Shown: positions 53,210-64,000 of the stretch, piece by piece
Position numbering within the stretch: the stretch's first letter is position 1
Layout: each line of letters starts with the position of its first letter
Assembly (NCBI GenBank): GCA_002633005.1
Contig: NMRA01000289.1
Span: 375,171-439,170, forward strand
Length of the DNA stretch: 64,000 nt
Source of the DNA: Phoronis australis
Taxonomy: Eukaryota > Animalia > Phoronida
Direction of reading: 5' to 3'
Made by a program: the position numbers and the translations under genes
The notes under the pieces: model-generated
Told to the model about the DNA's origin: nothing
What the model saw: the letters and a program-made list of their open reading frames with translations, nothing else
The model's database searches: none

Positions 53210-53662
53210 CACATGACCACTGTAACAGTTGCTTCTTTTCTCTTATTTTTGTCTCTTATTGGATTAGCTTGTTCTTATCTGCTTTCATGTGGACATGGTT
53301 TGTGGTTTGTACAGGGTCTCCAATTGGTCAGATTGCGAATGGCTACATCTGGTGTCTGAGCTCGCTGGTTCCCTGCGTGCCGCTAGGTGGGGCGGTAGCC
53401 GCGCCAGCACGCAGGTATCACTTAAATTCCCTCTGTAAATTTTTTTACACCGGCGTTTCTGATTGGCTAGTCGATTCGTCAACAGGCAGCGCTTTGCGCA
53501 AACAAACTGGCCACATGACCACTGTAACAGTTGCTTCTTTTCTCTTATTTTTGTCTCTTATTGGATTAGCTTGTTCTTATCTGCTTTCATGTGGACATGG
53601 TTTGTGGTTTGTACAGGGTCTCCAATTGGTCAGATTGCGAATGGCTACATCTGGTGTCTGAG
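53210..53662. repeat. 151-bp direct duplication (53210..53360, 53512..53662) flanking a 151-bp repeat fragment
   Basis: The two copies read identically; the middle piece is the inverted homolog of 43717..43818. Confidence 0.9.
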
Positions 53663-56426
53663 TGGCATGAGTGAAGTGGTACTTCACAGCCTGGTTGGTC
53701 AAGATTACGCTGTATCAGAAGTTACCTTTCCTTGTTTCAACCAATCAGAGGACAGAAGTATCAGTGGTCATGCAATAAAATGTTTGGTTAGATATTATAA
53801 TTTTTCATCTGAGGATTAGTGATGGTGTTTACAAAGGTCTGTTAGCACAGTTATCGGGGTCAGGTAATTACATGTAAGGACACATTATATCTTACTATGT
53901 TAACTAATACCATGCAGTGGTCAAGCCAAAGTCACAAACTTCAGAGTTATTAACCATGTTAGCAGGGATGAATCTTCTCAGTGAGTGAATTTTTATGAAC
54001 GCTTTCGTCCCATTGTATTATCACGTGTGATAAGAAACTTTATATCTCCCATTCAATATAGAATAATAAAGATTTCCGGGCAAAAAAAATGAAAACAATG
54101 GATTTTCATAGATGGTGCTACATTGGCCTTTAGGTTTTCAAACTGAAAACTAACTTATGATTCAGACCAATTACCTTTGCAAAATTGATCTCAAAACTGT
54201 TCTAAACTTAGGCTGGAAGTGATTTGTGGGCTAATGGAGAACTAGTCGAGACCATGCAGGCTAAAAAGTTGGCTCGACACTGTCAAGTCATTTTATATAC
54301 TTAAGCATGACTGCAAGCGATGAAGAAGTGTCAGTTCTTTCCAAGCCCACAAATGAAAAAGGAATGAGTTGAGACCAGTTTTGTATTGGTATGTGGTGGA
54401 AGTATTTACTATAGGTTGGTGCATAGCATCTTTGACATCGGGATGTATTATTGGTTGGCTGCTATAGAGGTTTGTTAATGTTAAACAGAGGGCGTTGTTA
54501 GCAATTAAAATGTGGGTTGTAATGTCTTCACAGTTCTGATTATTTGGTGAATTCCAGGTGAAAGCCTGGTTTTAATAAACAATTGGCCTGATGTCATGTC
54601 TTTTGATGTTTCTTTTGCTATTCTACTTCTTGTTTGTAGAGAACATTTTTCTTGCTTTGGAAGATCGCCAAAGAATTCAGACTTTGTGGTAGTAAACTCC
54701 ATGACCAGAAATCTCTAAAAAGATAAAAAACTTCAAAAATTGGTAAGATCTCATTAATTCTGGATCAAAATAATTGCCAAAATTGTCATTTCATAATTTT
54801 TCCAGGGCCTGGTGTAATATTGTTGAGATTGTCTTATATGGTAGTTATGATACAGAACTTAAAAACAAAAAATTTAGTGCTACACATCTGTTACAGAAAA
54901 ATGAGAAAATAAATTTTACTTGCCTATCACATTTTGTTCTAAAAGTTGGGAGAGATTTTACAGTATGACCTTCATATACTGGAGCCTGCTTGAGACACAC
55001 GTGGCACTCGCACTAGAACATGCAACACTGTCTGTAACTCAGAAAAGCAAAGAACATTTTCAACTGTGTAAATAAACCTTATGGCCGTGTGCACTGAGCA
55101 AAAGGTTTGGAGACACAAAGTTACTTATTAAGCAAGAATTGTTAGTCTTCATACACGCCATGTTTGTCACATCATGTGACCATCATGTGACCTATACTTA
55201 AGTGTGAAAAGATCTCTGTCCCAACCGGGGTTCAAACCCAGGACTTTCTAATAATTATTACTTATACGATATCAACATGCTGATTTATAACAGCACCATT
55301 ATATGAATTTAAACTGATTGTTAAATTGTTGCTCATTTAACAACCGACCTGCAGTATGCACTTGTCCTATAATGAATGCATATTTGCAAACCACAAACAT
55401 TCATTTAGTTATTTCTATCTTATTAACGTTAAATAATCATGGATTACATCAGAATTACAAATTTATATTAAATAATCATCATTAAAATACAAAGTTATAT
55501 GAAAACCAATCACAGAAATGTGAAATTCTGATTCTAGAGTGTAGTGGTTTGACAAGAGAAAATGCAATACAAAAAATAAGTCTCGTACATGAGCCACATT
55601 CACACTGGTGAAGTTGCTTAAAGGACAGGTATCAGATACTAATTATAATGATAATGAATACATTTTTAATAATAATTAAGGACATATTAAGGCATTGCTA
55701 TACCTTTGTATCCACTTTCCATTAAACTGCAATGAGTGCTTGGAACAAACCTAAACCATAGCATGACAGTCAAATCAATACATGTTTCGGGCTTACAACC
55801 TGAAGTGTGTATTTTGTACTGTCTGACATGTATTACCTTTACATTAACACTGCATTAACTGTCAAACCTCATTGTAACAAACACCAACGAACCTCCAGAA
55901 CCTATAACAATTGTTTGTTGCAACCAGGGAACATCGGGAAAAATCAAGACTTCGGAATTTGTACATTAAATCATTAAACTAAACAGGGTGTGTTGCAACA
56001 AGCTTGGACCGTACACGACAGCACCTAGGCCCTGATAACTTTGTTCACTGGTAACCATAAGTCTAATTGCCAAGTGGTGCCAGCCCAAAGGGGATCATCT
56101 CACTAGGTGCCGCTAATAAATAAAGCTCCCTCTTTCTGACATTTGAACAGATTGAGAGCAGAAAGCATATGGAGTGTTCTGTGACTATGATAAGGTACCC
56201 CACATAATTTACCTGTAGACAGGAACACAGGAGGTGACACTGATCAATTCTCACAGTGTTAAGTTGTTCCATATCAAAATTCATCATGTAAACACAGGAA
56301 AGTCATTGAATGGGATTCAAAACTAAAGACAGCACAAAAGTGCTGATGTAGTTTGTGATCAAAGCCTATCTGAATAGGCATCATGAAGGGCAGTGGCTAT
56401 ACGCTGTTCATCACTTGGTACTCTTG

Positions 56427-56492
56427 TCAGCTTTTCTGTGCTAGAAAGCTGAATATTGCTTTCAAACTGTTACAAGCCGCTTGTGACTGGTC
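56427..56492 (-). CDS. ITGB1BP1: ICAP-1-like last coding exon (PTB C-terminal helix)
   Basis: Acceptor ttttgtatattacag|; DQSQAACNSLKAIFSFLAQKS*. Confidence 0.78.
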   Translation of the reverse strand, partial: DQSQAACNSLKAIFSFLAQKS

Positions 56493-59400
56493 CTGTAATA
56501 TACAAAAGGTGATCATAAAGTAGGAAAAATTATAATTTATGAAAATAAAAAATGAACTTTTTTTCCAAATTCAAACAGAAATAACAATGTTACTCGTTTC
56601 TCATAACTAACATCCTCTGACAATCTTTTTGTCACGTTTTTCGCAGGTTGTTACCAGGCCTTTATCCAGGATTTTGAAAATAGGGTGTCCAAAATGGGGT
56701 TCCCAATATTCCAGGGCGTCCATGATTCCGACGCGTAACCCCACACCCCCAGCAATACCCCCAAACACACAGATTTTTTTACAAAAAATGCATAGATCAA
56801 GGTTTTTACATCTAAGTTTATAAAACAGCCTTCTATGGTGAGCATTTTTACTAAAAAAAAACTTAGTAGACTTAGACTTTTACAATGCCGTCAATCAAGT
56901 GTCAAAATAGCAACAATGCATATATACTTTGTATATACATTGTATATTTTCTTCCCAATTTGAAAAAAGAGCCCCCACTGTGAATCTTCAGAGGCTTTCT
57001 AGTATTCATTACAATGTGTGAGTCCAAACTTGAAAGGTCCCTATTGACAGTGGGCGTCCAAATGATACATTGGGCGTCCAGATTAGTTCTAGGGCGTCCA
57101 GATTAGTGCTAGGGCGTCCAAATGTCTCCGGGACGTACGCTGCATAAAGGCCTGGTTGTTACAGACCGGTGCTAATAGCTTTCAGTGCGAGGATTGACTG
57201 AAGACTGGTTCGAGTTAATCCTTTATTAATCCCGACCGTACGTTCACAAGCCTACTCAAACAAAACGTCTGGCGTAATGTCTGTTTATGCTCCAGCCAAT
57301 GCTGCGAAGCCTTGACTTGTGATGAACTTCAGAGACACATTCAGCAACTGTTACACTCGAGGATTCAATAACCTGCTGTCTCTATAGTTGGCTCTCTGTT
57401 GACTATCGCAGTAACTGCTGATTCTCTTCACTGCAACTCAACTGTAATCTCCTGATTAACTTTCTCAAACTCACCGAATAACTGACGTGATCTGACTAAC
57501 ACAAACCCGTGCTTGTGTATTTATAGCCTAATGCATTGTTCTGGAACTTTACATCAATTCAAGCACATTCTAGAACTTTCCTGAATCTACCCAACCATTC
57601 TACAAACATGTACTAGTCTCTAGAATATTCCAGACTGCATTAATTACTGTCATGCTAGTCTTCTAGAAATTTCCACACTATACTGCAGTAAACAAATTAC
57701 ATCATCACTGTACTTAACTCAGGGGTCATGCCAATCAAACAGAATAACAAAACAAAACACTTACAATACAACTAAAAATACTGTCAGACTATATTCTGAC
57801 AACACACCCCTGCCAAAGAGAAAATTACTCCATAATTTTCTAACACAAAATCATCTGGCATATATGTATATATATATATATATTAATCTACTGCTGTATC
57901 AACCGCTAAAGTGCTCCGTGACTTGCAGTCTCTGCCTGAGCCCTGGTAGTCACTGCTACCGTTTCCCTGCTGGATTCATCAGGATTTGTTCATACCGACT
58001 TGTCGGCCACCTCTTCTCCCTCTAGAGTTGAGGTCACTGGGTTCTTCTTTTGGGAAGTCGTACCCTTTTGAGAGTCATCTTTCGGACCCTCCACAAGGCT
58101 ATTGCCTGTATTGTCCTCATTGGCAGTTGTTGCTCTCTGCTGTCGCTCAACATCCTCTGGGTCCAAGGCGCCAGGTACGTCCTCGATAATCAAATCGGCC
58201 ACTGGAGGCTCCATACACATCGCAAACACTTCTCCTATGTAGTACAGTGTCTTGACATTGATCTTTGCAACAAGCAGCCATCTCTTCGTAGAGTCCGCCA
58301 ACTTGCATGACCACTTCCGGCAGGTCATATCTCCTGGTTCGACTAGACTGGATCGAACCACAAATGTCGTGCAGCCTGTGTCTCTCAACACTGAGACCTT
58401 CTTCATGCCAACATACCCCTCCTTCAGACGCAACTTTCCTTTGAAGGCGCGTTCAGGGTTAGCATGCTTCACCGAATCCTTACTCTGAGAACCTCGGTGG
58501 CTGACCGCTGCTGACTTTTGGAGTTGCTTCCCCTGCAGACCCATTTCTTGTCTGAGGGCCATCAAGTCCCCTCGTGGAGATCTTGTGTCCATAGTGAGTT
58601 GCTAATTCCAACAGTCCACTTTATCGCACCTTGTTACCATCAATAAGCTCCTGGCGTGATCGCCAATTGTCACGTTTTCCCCGTGTGTGGGTGGGCGCAG
58701 GTTGTTACAGACCGGTGCTAATAGCTTTCGGTGCGACGATTGACTGAAGACTGGTTCGAGTTAATCCTTTATTAATCCCGACCGTACGTTCACAAGCCTA
58801 CTCAAACAAAACGTCCGACATAATGTCTGTTTATGCTCCAGCCAATGCTGCGAAGCCTTGACTTGTGATGAACTTCTGAGACACGTTCAGCAACTGTTAC
58901 ACTCGTTGATTCAATAACCTGCTGTCTTTATAGCTGGCTCTCTATTGCCTATCGCTGTAACTGCCGATTCTCTTCACTGCAACTCAACTGTAGTTCTCCT
59001 GATTAACGTTCTTGAATTTACTTGGTCTTCTCTTGAAATGGCTTAATCTCACTGACTTGATCTCACTGACTTGATCTCACTGACTTGATCTCACTGACTT
59101 GATCTCACTGACTTGATCTCACTGACTTGATCTTATCTTGAACTGGCTTGATCTCACTGACTTGATCTCACTGACTTGATCTGACTAACACAAACCAGTG
59201 CTTGTAAATTTATAGCCTAATGCATTGTTCTGGAACTTTTCATCAATTCGAGCACATTCTAGAACTTTCCTGAATCTACCCAATCATTCTAAAACCATAT
59301 ACTAGTCTCTAGAATATTCCAGACTGCATTAATCACTGTCATGCTAGAGTCTTCTAGAAAGTTCCACACTATACTGTAGTAAACAAATTACATCATCATT

Positions 59401-62400
59401 GTACTTAACTCAGGGGTCATGCCAATCAAACAGAATAACAAAACAAAATAATACAACTTAAAACATTATCAGTCTATATTCTGACATTTTTTATTGATCC
59501 AAATAATACACTTCTCAGTGGCTTGGCAATAAAGGTGTCTGATTTGAATTGCATTCACACGTTGCGATAACCTGGCATTGTAAATGGGAGGTCACTCTGG
59601 TACCTCATTCTGTTTCAATATTTTGACCTGCTGTAAGCAGGTAGAAAAACACAGTTCTGGTGGTCAGACGAGAAAATCCTCTGACAATCTCTTTAATAAA
59701 TCCAAATAACACACTTCTCAGTGGCTTGGCAATAAAGGTGCCTGATTGAATTGCATTCACACGCTGCGATAATCTGGCATTGTAAATGGGAGGTTACTCT
59801 GGTACCTCATTCTGTTTTAGTATTTTGGCCAACTGTAAACAGGTAGAAAAACACAGTTCTGGTGGTCAGACGAGAAAATCACTCACTAAGTGGTTTGACC
59901 TTCACAAACAAGGGCACAAAACAGCAGGGATGGACGCCACTCTTATATTATTCTAGGTGAGCAGAAGGCTAGGTCATTCAGTTAGCAAGTAACTCAGTGC
60001 AAACAAACTAGAATGCCAACAAACTATTCTACTCACCAGACTTTGACACTGGAAGACATAGCAGTTGAATACAAATTTTCCAACCTGGCCTATGGTTAGC
60101 ACCAAATTATATTTGCCTGTTGGACTCTCGTATGTTAATAGCTGGCCAATAGAATGTAATGGGAAGCGCCATTTGACTTCCTGAAACGATTAGAACCATT
60201 ACAAGTCTCTTAGTACTCTATGCCATCAAATGCTGATTTTTGAAATAGCTGCACCATATTGAAACTCACTATCATGCCAGACAGCAGTCAGGTCTTTAGT
60301 GAACAGGCATTCAGCGCCACCTAGAGATCCCACTTAACATGCACCAGAGGTTTCAACCTACTGTTACCAAATGGAGTTTTAGAACCTCTCCTGGTATCAT
60401 AATTCCAGCAAATTTCCACTGCTGTATGGTGGATGTACAATTAAATAGCTTAGAGAAAAAGGCAAACCTCTTGAAATATACACGGATGAAGGATATCATG
60501 TTGCATGCAATTCCCAAGGCGCAGAAGAAACCACACAGCCGATATCAAAATGCTAAAATAAATTAGTGAATTTAACCCAATCAAACAATAGGAAGGGCAG
60601 ACAGTGAGATTTACTCCTCTTTTTAAGTAATGAACCATTATGTAGTAATTGACATTGTGTCCACCGAATCAGAATCGCAATAAAGTGGAAGTCGCTTACT
60701 CGCTCTCATAAGTCTTAAGAGCACAATGCAGTTTGCTATTGGCTAAGCACACAAACACAAAAATGGTTACACTTACTGACAATAGAAAATTCCTTTTTCT
60801 GAAACTTTTGCTGCTTCCATCATAGACTATAGTACACAGACCACCAACTCCATATATTTTCAATGGACGAAATCTGTGAGGTTTCGCACAAGCCGTAATG
60901 TCATAATTCACTAGCGTCACCTGGCCAAATTATCTGGTGTTATTTCCGGCAAGTACGTCGTCTGCTAATCATGGCTGGTTGCTGTGTGGCCGGGTGTTCG
61001 GCCACACAGGCGAAATGCAAAGGCGTTAGCTTCCATAGCATACAAAGTAGCATTGCCAAAAGTACTCACGATACCAACATTTCTACTATTGGAAAACTTT
61101 GAACAGCGTTTCAATGCTGAAATTATTTTTTTTTCGTTGTGCTGGACACTAAAGTAGATGCGAGAATAAAATACACTAACCAGAAACTGCACCAGATAAT
61201 TTAGGAGAGTGGCGATGCCTCTTGGCTAGCACGTAAGTAAATGTCGGAGTTGCGAATCTGTTGTCTATAATCTATGCTTCCATTAAAAATCATGGCTCAT
61301 GGTTTGTTAAAATTGCAAATTCAAAATGATCAAAATCAGCTTTGCCAAGCACCTTTGACTTATGACAAGCCGTTCCATTCATATTTAAGCTGAACGACAA
61401 CAGCATCGCTAATATAGTGTCCCATTTTTGGAAAACCTATCAGGCAAAAGTGGAACATATTAAGAAACAATTCCTCATATGCTTTTGTAGAGCAGTGCAT
61501 AAAGCACAGTATCTGAAACTTTCACATATCGGTCAGCCTGTTCAGCTCTGCTATAGGGGATCATTATCTCTTATCTGATTTTGTATACCTTACCCTATTG
61601 TGCCTGCATTGACTTTCATAATAAAGGGCTATTGTGGAGATGTTTAAAGTGTAGGCTTGGGTAACAATAGGCATTCCTCTGCCTGTTACTAAAGACCAAG
61701 CTACACCACAAGGGAAAGCACTACTTTCAGCCTTTAGCTGGCCAAGCTTAGATATCTATGTCCATTTCAGTTGGCAGTGTTTTCGAAGAACTTCGGCCCA
61801 AGTATAAATATTACACTTCATTTCCNTGGCTGACCCTCATGAATTTAATCTGAGCCAAATTTGGATATTAAAGGAGAAACCTTATATTTTGCAAAATAAC
61901 CAACAAACTCTCATACTCATTTAAAATGCATCCGAACAAATTTAGCCCGCATATACCTCGGTTCCATTTGATGTAGGTGGGGCTGTTAGTCGTATTCCAT
62001 GTTTGGAAATGACAAAATTAACATCTTCTTGAGCATTCACTGGCAGCTTTCCATTAATCTGAAATCGTAAAATTTGCACAATGTTAAAGTTTGCCAAGTT
62101 ACCATTAATTGTACTCGGCATGCGAATGCAATCGATTCTAGATTTAATTTTATTTTGTGGAGGCGAAGTTCATGTTTACTTTACTGTTCCCACAATACTG
62201 GCTGAAATGCTGGTCTCAATGAAATGAAATTTACACAATACATGATTCCTCATAATCGATGCCTGGTTGTTTTAGGTAGTAACTGGACACAAGATGGCAG
62301 CGTGGTGACCCATTTTTCATTTCTTTTGCTTGGCATCAGATTCACACATTTGAACTCTTTTGAGAATTTTTCTGGAACTTGAATGTCAATAGATGTAATC

Positions 62401-62765
62401 GATGTCTACAGGTATTTGAGACTTACAGTCCTATGGTGCCATGGTTATCAATAGAGATCTTTTTAGGAGACATTACGATGTCTCTATTTGAGTGATCGTT
62501 AATATGGTAAGCTATTTACCGATTAAGTAAAGCAAACATTAAGCAAAATCTTCATCAGATTTGTTGAGGCCTAAGCAATTGTTGCTGGTCAAGACTACAG
62601 CACCTGTGCATTTTCTATTCTCTCCACCAATACAGTATCAGTTTCCTCTGAAGTTGCTGGGGTTAGGTTGACACTTTCCAAAACACCAATCAAAGACACA
62701 GAGAATGTGACATTCCTGTTAAGTATACTTGGTTCCTTCAAGTTGTCACTGCTTGAATAAGGAGA
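56427..62765 (-). CDS. ITGB1BP1: ICAP-1 / integrin beta-1-binding protein 1-like PTB-domain protein, complement(join(56427..56492,60037..60180,61957..62058,62604..62765)), 5' end unresolved
   Basis: Four phase-0 GT..AG exons give 157 aa: SPYSSSDNLKEPSILNRNVTFSVSLIGVLESVNLTPATSEETDTVLVERIENAQ | INGKLPVNAQEDVNFVISKHGIRLTAPPTSNGTE | EVKWRFPLHSIGQLLTYESPTGKYNLVLTIGQVGKFVFNCYVFQCQSL | DQSQAACNSLKAIFSFLAQKS*. Aligns by eye to the human ICAP-1 sequence as recalled (IDVAQ|QDGKLP..VSKYGIKV..|DVLHRHAL..VYQCNSL|EQAQAIC..L..AF). Confidence 0.8.
56655..57154. mobile_element. 500-bp hAT-type MITE inserted in the 3' LTR
   Basis: TIRs caggcctttat, perfect 8-bp TSD gttgttac, gggcgtcca subterminal repeats; absent from the other LTR. 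Confidence 0.92.
57990..58592 (-). pseudogene. Retroviral-type aspartic protease ORF remnant of the Gypsy element
   Basis: VSVLRDTGCTTFVVRSSLV..CKLAD..PVADLIIE retropepsin motifs (terminal IIG>IIE); no gag, RT or integrase. Confidence 0.85.
59046..59180. repeat. 14-bp tandem array (atctcactgacttg)n within the 5' LTR only
   Basis: About 8 units with one interruption; the other LTR has only a single degenerate unit. Confidence 0.9.
59487..59880. repeat. ~200-bp tandem duplication whose first unit is split by the LTR element
   Basis: Unit 2 (59676..59880) begins atcctctgacaatct, the sequence immediately left of the LTR element at 56612..56629. Confidence 0.85.
60037..60180 (-). CDS. ITGB1BP1: ICAP-1-like exon
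   Basis: Acceptor ctaatcgtttcag|; EVKWRFPLHSIGQLLTYE...CYVFQCQSL; donor ctg|gtgagt. Confidence 0.85.
60233..60540 (+). repeat. Dispersed repeat, homologous to 1168..1446
   Basis: See the 1168 copy; contains a CTCF-like cagcgccacctagaga at ~60312. Confidence 0.75.
60821..61276. mobile_element. P-element-like MITE in an ICAP-1-like intron
   Basis: TIRs catagactatagtacacaga / tctgttgtctataatctatg; perfect 7-bp TSD cttccat. Confidence 0.8.
61957..62058 (-). CDS. ITGB1BP1: ICAP-1-like exon
   Basis: Acceptor gatttcag|; INGKLPVNAQEDVNFVISKHGIRLTAPPTSNGTE; donor gag|gtatat. Confidence 0.82.
62604..62765 (-). CDS. ITGB1BP1: ICAP-1-like exon (start of the PTB domain)
   Basis: Acceptor ttttccatttgcag|, 54 codons, donor cag|gtgctg; corresponds to the 3' half of ORF 62595..62951. 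Confidence 0.8.
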
Positions 62766-63522
62766 CTGCAAATGGAAAATAAGTGTTTCCCATGAATAAA
62801 GAACAGATCTATACATTACCAGAGCAGGTGACTGTGTCTTTTGACAGGGTATTTTTTCAGGTGAGGGGAAAATCTCCCAAACATCACCCTTCAAATACAG
62901 TTTCGAATATCCAATGCGGTAATACAACTTCATGAGGTGATACAACCCCATTCCAACTGGTAACTGAATAATTCTAAGAGGTTAGGATTTTAATACTAGT
63001 AGCCATAACCACTGACCTGTTTACATTCATGAGCAGCTTCTTGTGTTTGGGCATTGGGGAACGACATTCCCTGAACTCCTAACAAGCTAATGTGGCTTGT
63101 GCACATACATGTAATAGCCGGATTACAATTCTTATATTATGATCTAAATACCCAAAATAACTTGAGAGATTATTTGAATAGGGGACTCTCCAATGTAGTA
63201 GGAATGCAGGCAGAATGAGATTTTCTTCAATCCCCACCAGTCGCTACATAACATAATTCACAAATTAGTTCTGGAAAGTAGCAGTCCTGATTTGGAGAAC
63301 CCATTTTATCCACTGAATGATGGGGCAGCTATTTGGTGTTTGCCTGGCAATCAATGTCTGGGACTGCTATATTTAACTTGTGCCATTTGCAATTCACAAC
63401 CAATGGCTCAGAAACCAATTTTCCAATGGGAATAGCAATTGCAGGGCTCGGCTTCGTGACCTGCACAATTAGCAATGCCACCTCAGATTTTGTTTGCTGA
63501 GGTTGTAAAAATCCCAACTCAC

Positions 63523-63564
63523 CATGGAGTCTCCATGCACACATCTGAGCATGTGGTCAAATAA
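63523..63564 (-). CDS. Candidate 42-nt upstream exon of the ICAP-1-like gene (LFDHMLRCVHGDSM), possibly carrying the start codon
   Basis: Strong acceptor tttctttcctgcag| and donor atg|gtgagt; phase 0 is compatible with the exon at 62765. No recognisable homology. Confidence 0.45.
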
Positions 63565-63784
63565 CTGCAGGAAAGAAACAGATGGGAGTTGGAATCGTTT
63601 GGCAAAAAGCAGAAAGGCCCGTTTATGACTCATGCATAGATAACGTGTGATCATCGGCTGCTTTTGTCTTAGGTAGGAAGTGAACTTGCATGGGATATTG
63701 GATCCCGAGAGGGGAAATTGGTCGACACTAAGCACGCATGCTAGTCCTAAATTTCCGTTTGACTAAAAATATATAAACAAAATA

Positions 63785-64000
63785 AACAAGAGCAACGCGG
63801 AGCGTTGAAATGCGCCCACAGTTGCACCGCATACGGTATCCTTCTAGGGTTGTTTATTGGTACCATAAAGTGGCCAGTAGAGGGCATACTTTGCAAAATG
63901 GAAAGGCATGGTCATTGTCTCCTCAATAGGCTAGGGGCAAAATGTGAGTAATCTTCATAATACAAGCACATCCTATACACCAGTTGCTTAAAGCACCACA
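63785..64000 (-). mobile_element. 3' end of another HINE copy (extends beyond the window)
   Basis: aacaagagcaacgcggagcgttgaaatgcgccc is a near-exact reverse complement of the 34338 end; carries ggccagtagagggca. Confidence 0.75.

Larger units (their letters stand above)
56630..59486 (-). mobile_element. Internally deleted Ty3/Gypsy LTR retroelement (TRIM-like)
   Basis: LTRs 58668..59486 (5') and 56630..57801 (3'), each TGTCA..TGACA; TTTT TSD; PBS tggcgatcacgccaggag (58648..58665) resembling the complement of a tRNA-Arg(ACG) 3' end; PPT ggcaggggtgtgt at ~57802..57814; 866-bp interior. Confidence 0.92.

Noticed and set aside
53269-53819. 130-aa and 118-aa hydrophobic ORFs
   Set aside because: Generated by the 151-bp duplication and T-rich sequence; no family motifs.
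55190-55250. tRNA B-box-like motif on the - strand (similar remnant near 40295..40345)
   Set aside because: No cloverleaf or A box; at most a decayed SINE head, not a tRNA gene.
62766-62951. N-terminal part of ORF 62595..62951
   Set aside because: Lies upstream of a strong acceptor at 62766; treated as intron read-through.
63329-63460. Acceptor-led frame VTKPSPAIAIPIGKL... on the - strand
   Set aside because: Runs into a stop without a GT donor and does not fit the PTB gene model.

Overview
Eukaryotic, intron-rich, AT-rich animal genomic DNA from a gapped draft assembly. The repeat families suggest an invertebrate, possibly a mollusc or other lophotrochozoan (inference). Three spliced protein-coding genes can be built by hand. 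(1) Rab23 on +, six coding exons 25335..37997, 238 aa ending in a CaaX motif (CTIL). (2) SLC35B2/PAPST1, the Golgi PAPS transporter, on +, two coding exons 45440..49422, 455 aa. (3) A divergent ICAP-1 (ITGB1BP1)-like PTB-domain gene on -, with at least four phase-0 exons 62765..56427 and an uncertain 5' end; it is almost invisible in the ORF track. The rest is intronic or intergenic and dense in nested mobile elements: Harbinger, hAT, P-like, Sola-like, CACTA-like and Kolobok DNA elements, Helentron-associated HINEs carrying arrays of CTCF-like motifs, truncated LINE tails, and an internally deleted Gypsy LTR element in the last intron of the ICAP-1-like gene. I found no convincing coding exons in 1..25 kb and no evidence for a wholly new biological system. 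The best leads are the cryptic PTB gene, the TE-borne CTCF-like array, the nested insertions and a 151/151/151-bp structure that may be an assembly artefact.
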